This document shows positions 44,201 to 60,957 of a DNA stretch of 64,000 nt, piece by piece. This stretch comes from Escherichia coli (GTDB taxonomy: Bacteria; Pseudomonadota; Gammaproteobacteria; Enterobacterales; Enterobacteriaceae). A program made the position numbers and the translations under genes. Each line of letters opens with the position of its first letter. Position 1 is the stretch's first letter. The notes beneath the pieces are model-generated. The model searched no databases. It saw only the letters and a program-made list of their open reading frames with translations, and was not told the origin of the DNA. The stretch lies in the NCBI RefSeq assembly GCF_003018255.1, contig NZ_CP027440.1. The stretch is one strand, 5' to 3'.

Positions 44201-45652
44201 ATGCATTTTCGCGCCATTACCCGAATCGTTGGACTACTGGTCATCTTATTTTCAGGGACCATGATTATCCCTGGGCTGGTAGCACTCATCTACCGGGATG
44301 GAGCGGGCCGCGCTTTTACCCAGACCTTTTTTGTCGCCCTCGCCATTGGCTCTATGCTGTGGTGGCCGAACCGCAAAGAGAAGGGCGAACTGAAATCCCG
44401 TGAGGGGTTTCTGATAGTGGTGCTGTTCTGGACCGTGCTGGGTAGCGTCGGTGCGCTCCCTTTTATCTTCTCGGAAAGCCCGAACCTCACGATTACCGAT
44501 GCGTTTTTTGAATCTTTCTCTGGCCTGACCACCACGGGGGCCACTACGCTAGTGGGGCTGGATTCGCTCCCTCACGCCATCCTCTTTTATCGCCAGATGC
44601 TGCAATGGTTTGGCGGGATGGGGATCATCGTGTTAGCGGTTGCGATACTGCCTATCCTCGGCGTGGGTGGGATGCAGCTCTATCGCGCAGAAATGCCCGG
44701 CCCGCTGAAAGATAACAAAATGCGCCCGCGAATTGCGGAAACGGCGAAAACCCTGTGGTTGATTTATGTCTTGCTGACCGTCGCCTGTGCGCTGGCGTTG
44801 TGGTTTGCCGGAATGGATGCCTTTGATGCCATCGGCCATAGCTTTGCGACTATCGCTATTGGCGGCTTCTCGACACATGATGCCAGTATCGGTTATTTCG
44901 ACAGCCCGACTATTAACACTATCATTGCTATCTTCCTGCTGATCTCCGGCTGTAACTACGGTCTGCACTTTTCACTGTTAAGTGGGCGTAGTCTGAAGGT
45001 TTATTGGCGCGATCCGGAATTTCGCATGTTTATCGGCGTACAGTTTACGCTGGTGGTTATTTGTACACTCGTACTGTGGTTTCATAATGTCTACAGTTCG
45101 GCGCTGATGACAATTAACCAGGCGTTTTTCCAGGTGGTATCGATGGCGACAACCGCCGGGTTTACGACTGACAGCATTGCCCGCTGGCCGCTCTTTTTGC
45201 CGGTACTGCTCTTATGTTCAGCTTTTATCGGCGGTTGCGCCGGGTCAACGGGCGGTGGCCTGAAAGTGATCCGCATCCTGCTGCTGTTTAAGCAGGGGAA
45301 CCGTGAGCTGAAACGACTGGTGCATCCGAACGCCGTCTATAGCATTAAGCTGGGGAATCGCGCACTGCCGGAACGTATCCTCGAAGCCGTGTGGGGATTT
45401 TTCTCCGCCTATGCATTGGTGTTTATTGTCAGTATGCTGGCGATTATCGCCACGGGCGTGGATGACTTTTCTGCCTTTGCCTCGGTTGTTGCGACATTGA
45501 ATAACCTGGGGCCAGGGCTTGGTGTGGTTGCTGATAACTTTACCAGTATGAACCCGGTGGCTAAATGGATCCTGATTGCCAACATGCTGTTTGGTCGTCT
45601 CGAGGTCTTTACATTGCTGGTGCTCTTTACCCCGACTTTCTGGCGTGAATGA
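44201..45652 (+). CDS. trkH: Potassium uptake protein TrkH
   Basis: 483 aa polytopic membrane protein of Trk/Ktr family. Confidence 0.95.
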   Translation: MHFRAITRIVGLLVILFSGTMIIPGLVALIYRDGAGRAFTQTFFVALAIGSMLWWPNRKEKGELKSREGFLIVVLFWTVLGSVGALPFIFSESPNLTITDAFFESFSGLTTTGATTLVGLDSLPHAILFYRQMLQWFGGMGIIVLAVAILPILGVGGMQLYRAEMPGPLKDNKMRPRIAETAKTLWLIYVLLTVACALALWFAGMDAFDAIGHSFATIAIGGFSTHDASIGYFDSPTINTIIAIFLLISGCNYGLHFSLLSGRSLKVYWRDPEFRMFIGVQFTLVVICTLVLWFHNVYSSALMTINQAFFQVVSMATTAGFTTDSIARWPLFLPVLLLCSAFIGGCAGSTGGGLKVIRILLLFKQGNRELKRLVHPNAVYSIKLGNRALPERILEAVWGFFSAYALVFIVSMLAIIATGVDDFSAFASVVATLNNLGPGLGVVADNFTSMNPVAKWILIANMLFGRLEVFTLLVLFTPTFWRE

Positions 45653-45663
45653 TGGAGTAATAC

Positions 45664-46209
45664 GTGAAAACATTAATTCTTTTCTCAACAAGGGACGGAC
45701 AAACGCGCGAGATTGCCTCCTACCTGGCTTCGGAACTGAAAGAACTGGGGATCCAGGCGGATGTCGCCAATGTGCACCGCATTGAAGAACCACAGTGGGA
45801 AAACTACGACCGTGTGGTCATTGGTGCTTCTATTCGCTATGGTCACTACCACTCTGCGTTCCAGGAGTTTGTCAAAAAGCATGCGACGCGACTGAATTCG
45901 ATGCCGAGCGCCTTTTACTCCGTAAACCTGGTGGCGCGTAAACCGGAGAAGCGTACTCCACAGACCAACAGCTACGCGCGGAAGTTTCTGATGAGTTCAC
46001 AATGGCGTCCCGATCGCTGTGCCGTCATTGCCGGGGCGCTGCGTTACCCACGTTATCGCTGGTACGACCGTTTTATGATCAAGCTGATTATGAAGATGTC
46101 AGGCGGTGAAACGGATACGCGCAAAGAAGTTGTCTATACCGATTGGGAGCAGGTGGCGAATTTCGCCCGAGAAATCGCCCATTTAACCGACAAACCGACG
46201 CTGAAATAA
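45664..46209 (+). CDS. hemG: Protoporphyrinogen IX dehydrogenase (menaquinone) HemG
   Basis: 181 aa flavodoxin-like protein ([18 protein letters not shown]). Confidence 0.95.
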   Translation: MKTLILFSTRDGQTREIASYLASELKELGIQADVANVHRIEEPQWENYDRVVIGASIRYGHYHSAFQEFVKKHATRLNSMPSAFYSVNLVARKPEKRTPQTNSYARKFLMSSQWRPDRCAVIAGALRYPRYRWYDRFMIKLIMKMSGGETDTRKEVVYTDWEQVANFAREIAHLTDKPTLK

Positions 46210-46224
46210 GCATAAAGAATAAAA

Positions 46225-46295
46225 AATGTGCGGTCAGAAAATTATTTTAAATTTCCTCTTGTCAGGCCGGAATAACTCCCTATAATGCGCCACCA
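46225..46295 (+). promoter_or_regulatory. rrn P1 promoter with AT-rich UP element
   Basis: -35 ttgtca (46259-46264), 16-bp spacer, -10 tataat (46281-46286), AT-rich UP element upstream. Confidence 0.8.
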
Positions 46296-46376
46296 CTGAC
46301 ACGGAACAACGGCAAACACGCCGCCGGGTCAGCGGGGTTCTCCTGAGAATCTCAACAGAGAAAAGCAAAAAAATGC

Positions 46377-46410
46377 TTGACTCTGTAGCGGGAAGGCGTA
46401 TTATGCACAC
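46377..46410 (+). promoter_or_regulatory. rrn P2 promoter
   Basis: -35 ttgact (46377-46382), 16-bp spacer, -10 tattat (46399-46404). Confidence 0.75.
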
Positions 46411-46585
46411 CCCGCGCCGCTGAGAAAAAGTGAAGCGGCACTGCTCTTTAACAATTTATCAGACAATCTGTGTGGGCACTCGAAGATACGGATTCTTAAC
46501 GTCGCAAGACGAAAAATGAATACCAAGTCTCAAGAGTGAACACGTAATTCATTACGAAGTTTAATTCTTTGAGCATCAAACTTTT

Positions 46586-48127
<1,542 letters not shown>

Positions 48128-48195
48128 CCTTAAAGAAGCGTACTTTGCAGTGCTCACACAGATTGTCTGATGAAAATGAGCAGTAAAACCTCTAC

Positions 48196-48272
<77 letters not shown>

Positions 48273-48314
48273 AATTTGCACGGCAAATTTGAAGAGGTTT
48301 TAACTACATGTTAT

Positions 48315-48390
48315 GGGGCTATAGCTCAGCTGGGAGAGCGCCTGCTTTGCACGCAGGAGGTCTGCGGTTCGATCCCGCATAGCTCCACCA
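48315..48390 (+). tRNA. alaT: tRNA-Ala (anticodon TGC) in 16S-23S spacer
   Basis: ggggctatagctcagctgggagagcgcctgctttgcacgcaggaggtctgcggttcgatcccgcatagctccacca; G3:U70 Ala identity pair and TGC anticodon. Confidence 0.95.
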
Positions 48391-48564
48391 TCTCTGTAGT
48401 GATTAAATAAAAAATACTTCAGAGTGTACCTGCAAAGGTTCACTGCGAAGTTTTGCTCTTTAAAAATCTGGATCAAGCTGAAAATTGAAACACTGAACAA
48501 CGAAAGTTGTTCGTGAGTCTCTCAAATTTTCGCAACTCTGAAGTGAAACATCTTCGGGTTGTGA

Positions 48565-51468
<2,904 letters not shown>

Positions 51469-51567
51469 TTACAACGCCGAAGATGTTTTGGCGGATGAGA
51501 GAAGATTTTCAGCCTGATACAGATTAAATCGACATGTCATAACGAGACGTGTTGATAAAACAGAATT

Positions 51568-51687
51568 TGCCTGGCGGCCTTAGCGCGGTGGTCCCACCTG
51601 ACCCCATGCCGAACTCAGAAGTGAAACGCCGTAGCGCCGATGGTAGTGTGGGGTCTCCCCATGCGAGAGTAGGGAACTGCCAGGCAT
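51568..51687 (+). rRNA. rrfA: 5S ribosomal RNA
   Basis: tgcctggcggcc...aactgccaggcat, 120 nt. Confidence 0.97.
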
Positions 51688-51744
51688 CAAATTAAGCAGA
51701 AGGCTATCCGTCAGGATGGCCTTTTTGCGCTGGAGCAGAATAAA

Positions 51745-51782
51745 TACCGGATGCGACGCTGGCGCGTCTTATCCAGCCTACT
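51745..51782. repeat. REP element downstream of the rrn operon
   Basis: ccggatgcgacgctggcgcgtcttatccagcctac REP-type palindrome. Confidence 0.7.
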
Positions 51783-51787
51783 TTTGC

Positions 51788-52315
51788 TTATCCGTCCTGC
51801 TTTTGCATCCACTCCACCACAAAATCAGCCAGCCCCTCAACATCATTAATATCCATTAACGCGACATCAAGATTAAGCGGCACATCACTGGCTACAGCAA
51901 TAACATGTCTGTCTATCACTAATTCTTCCGGTCGATGTCCGGCTCCATCGCGAAACAGCACAATCTTTGCGATCTCTTCATGCTTAAACCCTTCGACCAG
52001 AATCAAATCCAGCTTTGAGGTATCCATTCGACTTGCGAGAAAATGTAGATCCAGCTCTTCTTCGTCTGGTGTTTCCGTCATCAAGGCCCATCGTTGCTGG
52101 CTGGCAACGATGGTTTGTGCCGCGCCAGCCTTGCGCAACTCATAGCTATCTTTGCCCGGTTTATCAACATCCATATCATGGTGCGTATGCTTAATCAGTC
52201 CCGGACGGATCCCTCTGGCGCATAATACCGGGATCAGTTTTTTCAGCAGTGTAGTTTTTCCAGTACCACTCCACGCGGCAAAGGCGAGTAACGGTATCAT
52301 CGTTTTTCCTGCCAT
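51788..52315 (-). CDS. mobB: Molybdopterin-guanine dinucleotide biosynthesis adapter protein MobB
   Basis: P-loop GTPase (AWSGTGKTT); overlaps mobA stop; an alternative start at MIPLL (52300) is possible. Confidence 0.92.
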   Translation of the reverse strand: MAGKTMIPLLAFAAWSGTGKTTLLKKLIPVLCARGIRPGLIKHTHHDMDVDKPGKDSYELRKAGAAQTIVASQQRWALMTETPDEEELDLHFLASRMDTSKLDLILVEGFKHEEIAKIVLFRDGAGHRPEELVIDRHVIAVASDVPLNLDVALMDINDVEGLADFVVEWMQKQDG

Positions 52316-52881
52316 CGGGCAAGCTCCTCTGGCGTATTCACGTTTATAAATGCCTCTTTACGATCGCTGAAATCAACCGCATGACCGCCAGCCAGACGCA
52401 TAAATGCCATAACCCGGCGTTCTCCTGCTTGCAGATATTCCAGTAATAAAGGCTCAATTGCGCGGTTTACCAGAGCAATAGTCGGGTGATCGCGTTCACC
52501 GTCGTGGATCCACACGACAGGCGCATCTTTGCGCTGATGATTAAGCCGGGCGGCTAAATCATGGGGAATGTAAGGCGTATCGCACGGACAAAACAAAAAC
52601 CACTCACCCGCTTCCTGCTGCATTACTGAAAGCATTCCTGCCAGAGGGCCTGGGTAATCCGCCAGTGAATCTTCAATCACTTTCAGACCGCTTGCCTGAT
52701 AGATTTCCTGATGACGATTAGCATTAACCACGACGTGAGAGAGCTGCGTCATAAGCGCGTCAGCGACATGTTGCCATAATGGTTTGCCGTTTAATTCAAG
52801 CAATCCTTTATCTACGCCGCCCATTCGTCTGGCTTTACCGCCTGCCAGCACAACGCCTGTTATCGTCGTCATCAGATTCAC
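52297..52881 (-). CDS. mobA: Molybdenum cofactor guanylyltransferase MobA
   Basis: 194 aa, N-terminal [20 protein letters not shown] nucleotide-binding motif. Confidence 0.95.
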
Positions 52882-52950
52882 CGATATCGCCTCTTTTATT
52901 GTGGGATTGACCCTGCTAACGTGTCTGTCTCAAGAGTAAGGAGCATTACT

Positions 52951-53220
52951 ATGAAATGTAAACGTCTGAATGAAGTTATTGAACTCCTCCAGCCAGCCTG
53001 GCAAAAAGAGCCAGACCTTAACCTGCTGCAATTTTTGCAGAAACTGGCGAAAGAGTCAGGTTTTGACGGCGAACTGGCGGATTTGACGGATGACATTCTG
53101 ATCTATCACCTGAAAATGCGTGATTCCGCGAAAGATGCGGTGATCCCGGGTTTGCAGAAAGATTATGAAGAAGACTTCAAAACGGCGCTGTTACGCGCTC
53201 GCGGCGTAATTAAAGAGTAA
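52951..53220 (+). CDS. yihD: DUF1040 protein YihD
   Basis: Start chosen at [14 protein letters not shown] (89 aa); K-12 synteny divergent from mobA. Confidence 0.85.
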
Positions 53221-53296
53221 AAGCTTGTAAGCGGTGCCACCAAAATCATCGTGAAATGATATCCTTCATCATTCGTAATGTTTTCCGGATGATGGG

Positions 53297-54283
53297 ATGA
53301 ACAACAGCGCTTTTACTTTCCAGACACTACACCCGGATACCATCATGGATGCTCTGTTTGAGCAAGGGATCCGGGTGGATTCCGGTCTTACCCCGCTTAA
53401 CAGCTATGAAAACCGTGTCTATCAATTTCAGGACGAAGATCGTCGACGTTTTGTCGTCAAATTTTATCGTCCTGAACGTTGGACACCCGATCAAATCCTC
53501 GAAGAACATCAATTTGCGTTGCAGTTGGTAAATGATGAAGTTCCGGTCGCAGCACCTGTGGCCTTTAACGGTCAGACTTTATTGAATCATCAGGGATTTT
53601 ATTTCGCTGTTTTTCCAAGCGTCGGTGGTCGCCAGTTCGAAGCTGATAATATCGATCAGATGGAAGCGGTTGGGCGTTATTTAGGGCGTATGCACCAGAC
53701 GGGGCGCAAACAGCTTTTTATCCATCGCCCGACCATCGGTCTGAATGAATATCTCATTGAGCCTCGCAAGCTGTTTGAGGACGCTACACTGATACCTTCC
53801 GGGTTGAAAGCGGCATTTCTGAAAGCGACAGATGAGCTGATCGCCGCCGTTACAGCACACTGGCGGGAAGATTTCACCGTTCTGCGGCTACATGGAGACT
53901 GCCACGCCGGGAATATTCTCTGGCGCGATGGTCCAATGTTTGTTGATCTGGATGATGCACGTAATGGTCCGGCTATTCAGGATTTGTGGATGTTGCTCAA
54001 TGGCGATAAAGCCGAGCAGCGGATGCAACTGGAAACTATTATTGAAGCTTATGAAGAATTTAGCGAGTTCGACACCGCTGAAATCGGACTGATTGAACCT
54101 TTACGCGCCATGCGTTTGGTTTATTATCTTGCCTGGCTAATGCGGCGTTGGGCTGATCCCGCGTTCCCGAAAAATTTCCCGTGGTTAACCGGGGAAGATT
54201 ACTGGCTGCGACAGACGGCGACTTTTATAGAACAGGCAAAAGTTCTACAAGAACCCCCTTTGCAATTAACACCTATGTATTAA
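53297..54283 (+). CDS. srkA: Stress response Ser/Thr kinase SrkA (RdoA/YihE)
   Basis: 328 aa; aminoglycoside-phosphotransferase-like kinase fold motifs (HGDCHAGNILW, DLDD). Confidence 0.93.
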   Translation: MNNSAFTFQTLHPDTIMDALFEQGIRVDSGLTPLNSYENRVYQFQDEDRRRFVVKFYRPERWTPDQILEEHQFALQLVNDEVPVAAPVAFNGQTLLNHQGFYFAVFPSVGGRQFEADNIDQMEAVGRYLGRMHQTGRKQLFIHRPTIGLNEYLIEPRKLFEDATLIPSGLKAAFLKATDELIAAVTAHWREDFTVLRLHGDCHAGNILWRDGPMFVDLDDARNGPAIQDLWMLLNGDKAEQRMQLETIIEAYEEFSEFDTAEIGLIEPLRAMRLVYYLAWLMRRWADPAFPKNFPWLTGEDYWLRQTATFIEQAKVLQEPPLQLTPMY

Positions 54284-54299
54284 TCGGAGAGAGTAGATC

Positions 54300-54926
54300 A
54301 TGAAAAAGATTTGGCTGGCGCTGGCTGGTTTAGTTTTAGCGTTTAGCGCATCGGCGGCGCAGTATGAAGATGGTAAACAGTACACTACCCTGGAAAAACC
54401 AGTTGCTGGCGCGCCGCAAGTGCTGGAGTTTTTCTCTTTCTTCTGCCCGCACTGCTATCAGTTTGAAGAAGTTCTGCATATTTCTGATAACGTGAAGAAA
54501 AAACTGCCGGAAGGCGTGAAGATGACTAAATACCACGTCAACTTCATGGGGGGTGACCTGGGCAAAGATCTGACTCAGGCATGGGCAGTGGCGATGGCAC
54601 TGGGCGTGGAAGACAAAGTCACTGTTCCGCTGTTTGAAGGCGTACAGAAAACCCAGACCATTCGTTCAGCATCTGATATCCGCGATGTATTTATCAACGC
54701 AGGTATTAAAGGTGAAGAGTACGACGCAGCGTGGAACAGCTTCGTGGTGAAATCCCTGGTCGCTCAGCAGGAAAAAGCTGCAGCTGACGTGCAATTGCGT
54801 GGCGTTCCGGCGATGTTTGTTAACGGTAAATATCAGCTGAATCCGCAGGGTATGGATACCAGCAATATGGATGTTTTTGTTCAGCAGTATGCTGATACTG
54901 TGAAATATCTGTCCGAGAAAAAATAA
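54300..54926 (+). CDS. dsbA: Periplasmic thiol:disulfide oxidoreductase DsbA
   Basis: 208 aa, signal peptide, CPHC active site ([13 protein letters not shown]). Confidence 0.97.
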
Positions 54927-54945
54927 TTCAATGTAAATTACATAA

Positions 54946-54974
54946 AGCCCGTGAATATTCACGGGCTTTTTTTA
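54946..54974 (+). terminator. Rho-independent terminator downstream of dsbA
   Basis: agcccgtgaatattcacgggct hairpin followed by ttttttt. Confidence 0.75.
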
Positions 54975-55080
54975 TTATTTAATAAATATAAATACATTCT
55001 GATAATGCGTCCTGCCGCTGGACATTATTTCAGCATAAGTGGATATTCAAAGTTTTGCTGTTTTATCAGGGAATATTTAT

Positions 55081-56511
55081 ATGATACGTAAGTCAGCTAC
55101 AGGTGTTATTGTTGCGTTAGCCGTAATCTGGGGTGGTGGCACATGGTACACAGGTACGCAAATTCAGCCTGGTATCGAAAAGTTTATTAAAGATTTTAAC
55201 GATGCTAAAAAGAAAGGTGAACATGCCTACGATATGACGTTAAGTTATAAAAATTTTGACAAAGGCTTTTTTAATTCTCGTTTTCAAATGCAAATGACAT
55301 TTGATAACGGTGCACCTGATCTCAATATCAAACCTGGCCAGAAAGTTGCGTTTGATGTGGATGTTGAGCACGGTCCGTTACCCATCACAATGTTAATGCG
55401 TGGTAATGTCATCCCCGCACTGGCAGCGGCAAAAGTGAAATTAGTGGATAATGAACTGACACAACCGCTATTTATCGCCGCAAAAAATAAATCTCCTATG
55501 GAAGCGACATTGCGATTCGCGTTTGGTGGCTCATTCTCCACGACATTAGATGTTGCCCCTGCAAAATATGGAAAGTTTTCTTTTGGTGAGGGCCAGTTTA
55601 CTTTTAATGGTGATGGTAGTTCATTGTCTAATCTGGATATTGAAGGCAAAGTCGAAGATCTTGTTCTGGAATTATCGCCATTGAATAAAGTAACGGCGAA
55701 AAGTTTTACCATTGATTCTCTAACGCGATTAGAAGAAAAGAAATTTCCGGTTGGCGAAAGCGAGTCGAAATTCAATCAGATTAACATTATCAATCAGGGA
55801 GAAGACGTTGCCCAAATCGATGCTTTCGTTGCAAAAACCAGGCTGGATCGCGTTAAAGACAAAGATTATATCAATGTCAATCTGACCTACGAACTTGATA
55901 AGTTAACAAAAGGGAATCAGCAACTCGGTAGTGGTGAGTGGTCATTGATTGCTGAATCTATTGATCCCTCAGCGGTGCGCCAATTTGTCATCCAGTATAA
56001 CATTGCGATGCAGAAGCAGCTTGCTGCACACCCTGAGTTAGCAAACGATGAAGTTGCTCTGCAAGAAGTGAATGCTGCATTGTTCAAAGAGTATTTACCG
56101 TTATTACAAAAAAGTGAGCCGACCATTAAACAACCGGTAAGATGGAAGAATGCACTCGGCGAACTAAATGCCAATCTGGATATCAGTATTGCCGACCCAG
56201 CCAAATCCTCATCATCCACAAACAAAGATATTAAATCGCTCATTTTTGATGTGAAGTTACCGCTTAATGTTGTCACAGAAACCGCAAAACAGCTTAATTT
56301 ATCTGAAGGAATGGATGCTGAAAAAGCGCAAAAGCGGGCTGATAAACAAATCAGCGGGATGATGACATTAGGTCAGATGTTTCAGTTAATCACGATTGAC
56401 AACAATACCGCCTCGCTGCAACTGCGTTATACACCGGGTAAAGTTGTTTTTAACGGACAGGAGATGAGCGAAGAAGAATTTATGTCTCGTGCCGGACGTT
56501 TTGTTCATTAA
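55081..56511 (+). CDS. yihF: DUF945 family protein YihF
   Basis: Start chosen at MIRKSATGVIVALAVIWGGGTWYTG (476 aa) with N-terminal TM anchor; K-12 synteny. Confidence 0.85.
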   Translation: MIRKSATGVIVALAVIWGGGTWYTGTQIQPGIEKFIKDFNDAKKKGEHAYDMTLSYKNFDKGFFNSRFQMQMTFDNGAPDLNIKPGQKVAFDVDVEHGPLPITMLMRGNVIPALAAAKVKLVDNELTQPLFIAAKNKSPMEATLRFAFGGSFSTTLDVAPAKYGKFSFGEGQFTFNGDGSSLSNLDIEGKVEDLVLELSPLNKVTAKSFTIDSLTRLEEKKFPVGESESKFNQINIINQGEDVAQIDAFVAKTRLDRVKDKDYINVNLTYELDKLTKGNQQLGSGEWSLIAESIDPSAVRQFVIQYNIAMQKQLAAHPELANDEVALQEVNAALFKEYLPLLQKSEPTIKQPVRWKNALGELNANLDISIADPAKSSSSTNKDIKSLIFDVKLPLNVVTETAKQLNLSEGMDAEKAQKRADKQISGMMTLGQMFQLITIDNNTASLQLRYTPGKVVFNGQEMSEEEFMSRAGRFVH

Positions 56512-56551
56512 AATACTCACTCGCCTCTGCTCATTCAGAGGCGAGCAAAAT

Positions 56552-57484
56552 TTACTTGTCCTGCCGCTGTGATGACATCAACGACATCAGAAGCCGGTCT
56601 TTTTCCTGCCACAGTGAGTTCAGCCATTGCTGAAAATGGCGCTTAAAGCTTTTGTCATTGATGTAGTCGCCATGTAACTCATCGGAAATAGGCTGCAAAT
56701 CCACATGTACGACAATTCGCGTCAGTTTACCGCTTAACATATCGAAGAACGGCTGACGGTTATTGTCCGGATAACACAGCGTAACATTAAGCAGTTTATC
56801 GAATTGTTTACCCAGTACATTTAGCGCCATCGCAATGCCTGCCGCCTTTGGTGGCAACAAGTTTTGAAAAGTGGAGTGCGTTTGCTGATGTTTTTCTTGC
56901 GTGAAACGGGAGCCTTCAACGAAATTGACAATGGTGGTGGGGTGCAGGCGAAACTTTTCACAAGAACGCCGGGTGGTTTCAACATCTTTACCACGTCGTT
57001 CCGGATGACGTAATAAATAAGCGCGGGAATAACGCTTCATAAACGGCATATCCAGCGCCCAGCATGCCAGGCCAAGAAATGGCACCCAGGCAAGCTGCTG
57101 CTTGAGGAAATATTTATTCATCGGAATGTGCTTACGAAACAGCACGCACAGTACGACAATATCTGCCCAACTACGGTGGTTACAAATAAGCAGATACCAG
57201 TTCTTCTTACTTAACCCTTCCAGCCCGTGAACTTCCCATTGCAGGTGTGGGTTCAGATGCAGTAATACCGCCAGACTTTCACACCAGCAATACATCATAA
57301 AATCACAAAAACGCGAAACCTTTCGCCAAATGACTGGCACAGGTAGCAATAGTTTTACAATCCCGGCAATGATGATCGGGACGGAGCAAAAAATAGTGAC
57401 CAAAATGGTCAATACGATACTCAGCAAAAGGGTTATCGCAGCGAGTATTCTCGTCATAATGAATTTATTCAAAAGGTTAGCCAT
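56552..57484 (-). CDS. yihG: PlsC-family acyltransferase YihG
   Basis: Start chosen at [10 protein letters not shown] (310 aa); acyltransferase HX4D-like motif ([10 protein letters not shown]); K-12 synteny. Confidence 0.88.
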   Translation of the reverse strand: MANLLNKFIMTRILAAITLLLSIVLTILVTIFCSVPIIIAGIVKLLLPVPVIWRKVSRFCDFMMYCWCESLAVLLHLNPHLQWEVHGLEGLSKKNWYLLICNHRSWADIVVLCVLFRKHIPMNKYFLKQQLAWVPFLGLACWALDMPFMKRYSRAYLLRHPERRGKDVETTRRSCEKFRLHPTTIVNFVEGSRFTQEKHQQTHSTFQNLLPPKAAGIAMALNVLGKQFDKLLNVTLCYPDNNRQPFFDMLSGKLTRIVVHVDLQPISDELHGDYINDKSFKRHFQQWLNSLWQEKDRLLMSLMSSQRQDK

Positions 57485-57847
57485 AGACAGTGCGCTAAAG
57501 AAGCGCAAGGCGCCGATTTTAGCAGAAAACGCCCCAAATAACGGATGATCCTTAAGGAGAAAAATAATTCATATATATCCACATTAGAAAAAATCCCATT
57601 ATCACAATTATTAGGGATGGCTTTATATTTAACTGTATGAAAAGCAAAGACAAATATCATGCTGTAAAAAGCATGATAATAAATTAAAAGCGATGTAAAT
57701 AATTTATGCACAAAGTTATCCACATGACGATTTGCGAGCGATCCAGAAGATCTACAAAAGATTTTCACGAAAAGCGGTGAAAAACTCATGTTTTCATCCT
57801 GTCTGTGGCATCCTTTACCCATAATCTGATAAACAGGCACGGACATT

Positions 57848-60634
57848 ATGGTTCAGATCCCCCAAAATCCACTTATCCTTGTAGATGGTTCATCTTATCT
57901 TTATCGCGCATATCACGCGTTTCCCCCGCTGACTAACAGCGCAGGCGAGCCGACCGGTGCGATGTATGGTGTCCTCAACATGCTGCGCAGTCTAATCATG
58001 CAATATAAACCGACGCATGCAGCGGTGGTCTTTGACGCCAAGGGAAAAACCTTTCGTGATGAACTGTTTGAACATTACAAATCACATCGCCCGCCAATGC
58101 CGGACGATCTGCGTGCACAAATCGAACCCTTGCACGCGATGGTTAAAGCGATGGGACTGCCGCTGCTGGCGGTTTCTGGCGTAGAAGCGGACGACGTTAT
58201 CGGTACTCTGGCGCGGGAAGCCGAAAAAGCCGGGCGTCCGGTGCTGATAAGCACAGGCGATAAAGATATGGCGCAGCTGGTGACGCCAAATATTACGCTT
58301 ATCAATACCATGACGAATACCATCCTCGGCCCGGAAGAGGTGGTGAATAAGTACGGCGTGCCGCCAGAACTGATCATCGACTTCCTGGCGCTGATGGGTG
58401 ACTCCTCTGATAACATCCCTGGCGTACCGGGCGTTGGTGAAAAAACCGCGCAAGCATTGCTACAAGGTCTTGGCGGACTGGATACGCTGTATGCCGAGCC
58501 AGAAAAAATTGCTGGGTTGAGCTTCCGTGGCGCGAAAACAATGGCGGCGAAGCTCGAGCAAAACAAAGAAGTGGCTTATCTCTCTTACCAGCTGGCGACG
58601 ATTAAAACCGACGTTGAACTGGAGCTGACCTGTGAACAACTGGAAGTGCAGCCACCGGTGGCAGAAGAGTTGTTAGGGCTGTTCAAAAAGTATGAGTTCA
58701 AACGCTGGACTGCTGATGTCGAAGCGGGCAAATGGTTACAGGCCAAAGGGGCAAAACCAGCCGCGAAGCCGCAGGAAACCAGTGTTGTAGACGAAGCGCC
58801 AGAAGTGACGGCAACGGTGATTTCTTATGACAACTACGTCACCATCCTTGATGAAGAAACACTGAAAGCGTGGATTGCGAAGCTGGAAAAAGCGCCGGTA
58901 TTTGCATTTGATACCGAAACCGACAGCCTTGATAACATCTCTGCTAACCTGGTCGGGCTTTCTTTTGCTATCGAGCCAGGCGTAGCGGCATATATTCCGG
59001 TTGCTCATGATTATCTTGATGCGCCCGATCAAATCTCTCGCGAGCGTGCACTCGAGTTGCTAAAACCGCTGCTGGAAGATGAAAAGGCGCTGAAGGTTGG
59101 GCAAAACCTGAAATACGATCGCGGTATTCTGGCGAATTACGGCATTGAGCTGCGTGGGATTGCGTTTGATACCATGCTGGAGTCCTACATTCTCAATAGC
59201 GTTGCCGGGCGTCACGATATGGACAGCCTCGCGGAACGTTGGTTGAAGCACAAAACCATCACTTTTGAAGAGATTGCGGGTAAAGGCAAAAATCAACTGA
59301 CCTTTAACCAGATTGCCCTCGAAGAGGCCGGACGTTACGCCGCCGAAGATGCAGATGTCACCTTGCAGTTGCATCTGAAAATGTGGCCGGATCTGCAAAA
59401 ACACAAAGGGCCGTTGAACGTCTTCGAGAATATCGAAATGCCGCTAGTGCCGGTGCTTTCACGCATTGAACGTAACGGTGTGAAGATCGATCCGAAAGTG
59501 CTGCACAATCATTCTGAAGAGCTCACTCTTCGTCTGGCTGAGCTGGAAAAGAAAGCGCATGAAATTGCAGGTGAAGAATTTAACCTTTCCTCCACCAAGC
59601 AGTTGCAAACCATTCTGTTTGAAAAACAGGGAATTAAACCGCTGAAGAAAACGCCGGGTGGCGCGCCGTCAACGTCGGAAGAGGTACTGGAAGAACTGGC
59701 GCTGGACTATCCGTTGCCAAAAGTGATTCTGGAGTATCGTGGTCTGGCGAAGCTGAAATCGACTTACACCGACAAGCTGCCGCTGATGATCAACCCGAAA
59801 ACCGGGCGTGTGCATACCTCTTATCACCAGGCAGTAACTGCAACGGGACGTTTATCGTCAACCGATCCTAACCTGCAAAACATTCCGGTGCGTAACGAAG
59901 AAGGTCGTCGTATCCGCCAGGCGTTTATTGCGCCAGAGGATTATGTGATTGTCTCGGCGGACTACTCGCAGATTGAACTGCGCATTATGGCGCATCTCTC
60001 GCGTGACAAAGGCTTGCTGACCGCATTCGCGGAAGGAAAAGATATCCACCGGGCTACGGCGGCAGAAGTGTTTGGTTTGCCACTGGAAACCGTAACCAGC
60101 GAGCAACGCCGTAGCGCGAAAGCGATCAACTTTGGTCTGATTTATGGCATGAGTGCTTTCGGTCTGGCGCGGCAATTGAACATTCCACGTAAAGAAGCGC
60201 AGAAGTACATGGACCTTTACTTCGAACGCTACCCTGGCGTGCTGGAGTATATGGAACGCACCCGTGCTCAGGCGAAAGAGCAGGGCTACGTTGAAACGCT
60301 GGACGGACGCCGTCTGTATCTGCCGGATATCAAATCCAGCAATGGGGCTCGTCGTGCAGCGGCTGAACGTGCAGCCATTAACGCGCCAATGCAGGGAACC
60401 GCCGCCGACATTATCAAACGGGCGATGATTGCCGTTGATGCGTGGCTACAGGCTGAGCAACCGCGTGTGCGTATGATCATGCAGGTACACGATGAACTGG
60501 TATTTGAAGTTCATAAAGATGATGTCGATGCCGTCGCGAAGCAGATTCATCAACTGATGGAAAACTGTACCCGTCTGGATGTGCCGCTGCTGGTGGAAGT
60601 GGGGAGTGGCGAAAACTGGGATCAGGCGCACTAA
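57848..60634 (+). CDS. polA: DNA polymerase I
   Basis: 928 aa; 5' nuclease, 3'-5' exonuclease and polymerase domains (motif A DYSQIELR, motif [15 protein letters not shown], motif C QVHDE). Confidence 0.98.
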   Translation: MVQIPQNPLILVDGSSYLYRAYHAFPPLTNSAGEPTGAMYGVLNMLRSLIMQYKPTHAAVVFDAKGKTFRDELFEHYKSHRPPMPDDLRAQIEPLHAMVKAMGLPLLAVSGVEADDVIGTLAREAEKAGRPVLISTGDKDMAQLVTPNITLINTMTNTILGPEEVVNKYGVPPELIIDFLALMGDSSDNIPGVPGVGEKTAQALLQGLGGLDTLYAEPEKIAGLSFRGAKTMAAKLEQNKEVAYLSYQLATIKTDVELELTCEQLEVQPPVAEELLGLFKKYEFKRWTADVEAGKWLQAKGAKPAAKPQETSVVDEAPEVTATVISYDNYVTILDEETLKAWIAKLEKAPVFAFDTETDSLDNISANLVGLSFAIEPGVAAYIPVAHDYLDAPDQISRERALELLKPLLEDEKALKVGQNLKYDRGILANYGIELRGIAFDTMLESYILNSVAGRHDMDSLAERWLKHKTITFEEIAGKGKNQLTFNQIALEEAGRYAAEDADVTLQLHLKMWPDLQKHKGPLNVFENIEMPLVPVLSRIERNGVKIDPKVLHNHSEELTLRLAELEKKAHEIAGEEFNLSSTKQLQTILFEKQGIKPLKKTPGGAPSTSEEVLEELALDYPLPKVILEYRGLAKLKSTYTDKLPLMINPKTGRVHTSYHQAVTATGRLSSTDPNLQNIPVRNEEGRRIRQAFIAPEDYVIVSADYSQIELRIMAHLSRDKGLLTAFAEGKDIHRATAAEVFGLPLETVTSEQRRSAKAINFGLIYGMSAFGLARQLNIPRKEAQKYMDLYFERYPGVLEYMERTRAQAKEQGYVETLDGRRLYLPDIKSSNGARRAAAERAAINAPMQGTAADIIKRAMIAVDAWLQAEQPRVRMIMQVHDELVFEVHKDDVDAVAKQIHQLMENCTRLDVPLLVEVGSGENWDQAH

Positions 60635-60781
60635 GATTCGCCTGAACATGCCCTTTTTTCGTAAGTAAGCAACATAAGCTGTCACGTTTTGTGATGGCTA
60701 TTAGAAATTCCTATGCAACAACTGAAAAAAAATTACAAAAAATGCTTTCTGAACTGAACAAAAAAGAGTAAAGTTAGTCGC

Positions 60782-60890
60782 GTAGGGTACAGAGGTAAGA
60801 TGTTCTATCTTTCAGACCTTTTACTTCACGTAATCGGATTTGGCTGAATATTTTAGCCGCCCCAGTCAGTAATGACTGGGGCGTTTTTTA
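60782..60890 (+). ncRNA. spf: Spot 42 small regulatory RNA
   Basis: Sequence gtagggtacagaggtaagatgttctatctttcagacc... ending in intrinsic terminator gccgccccagtcagtaatgactggggcgtttttta matches Spot 42 as recalled; immediately downstream of polA. Confidence 0.9.
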
Positions 60891-60957
60891 TTGGGCGAAA
60901 GAAAAGATCCGTAATGCCTGATACGCCACATCCGGCACAAGCATTAAGGCAAGAAAA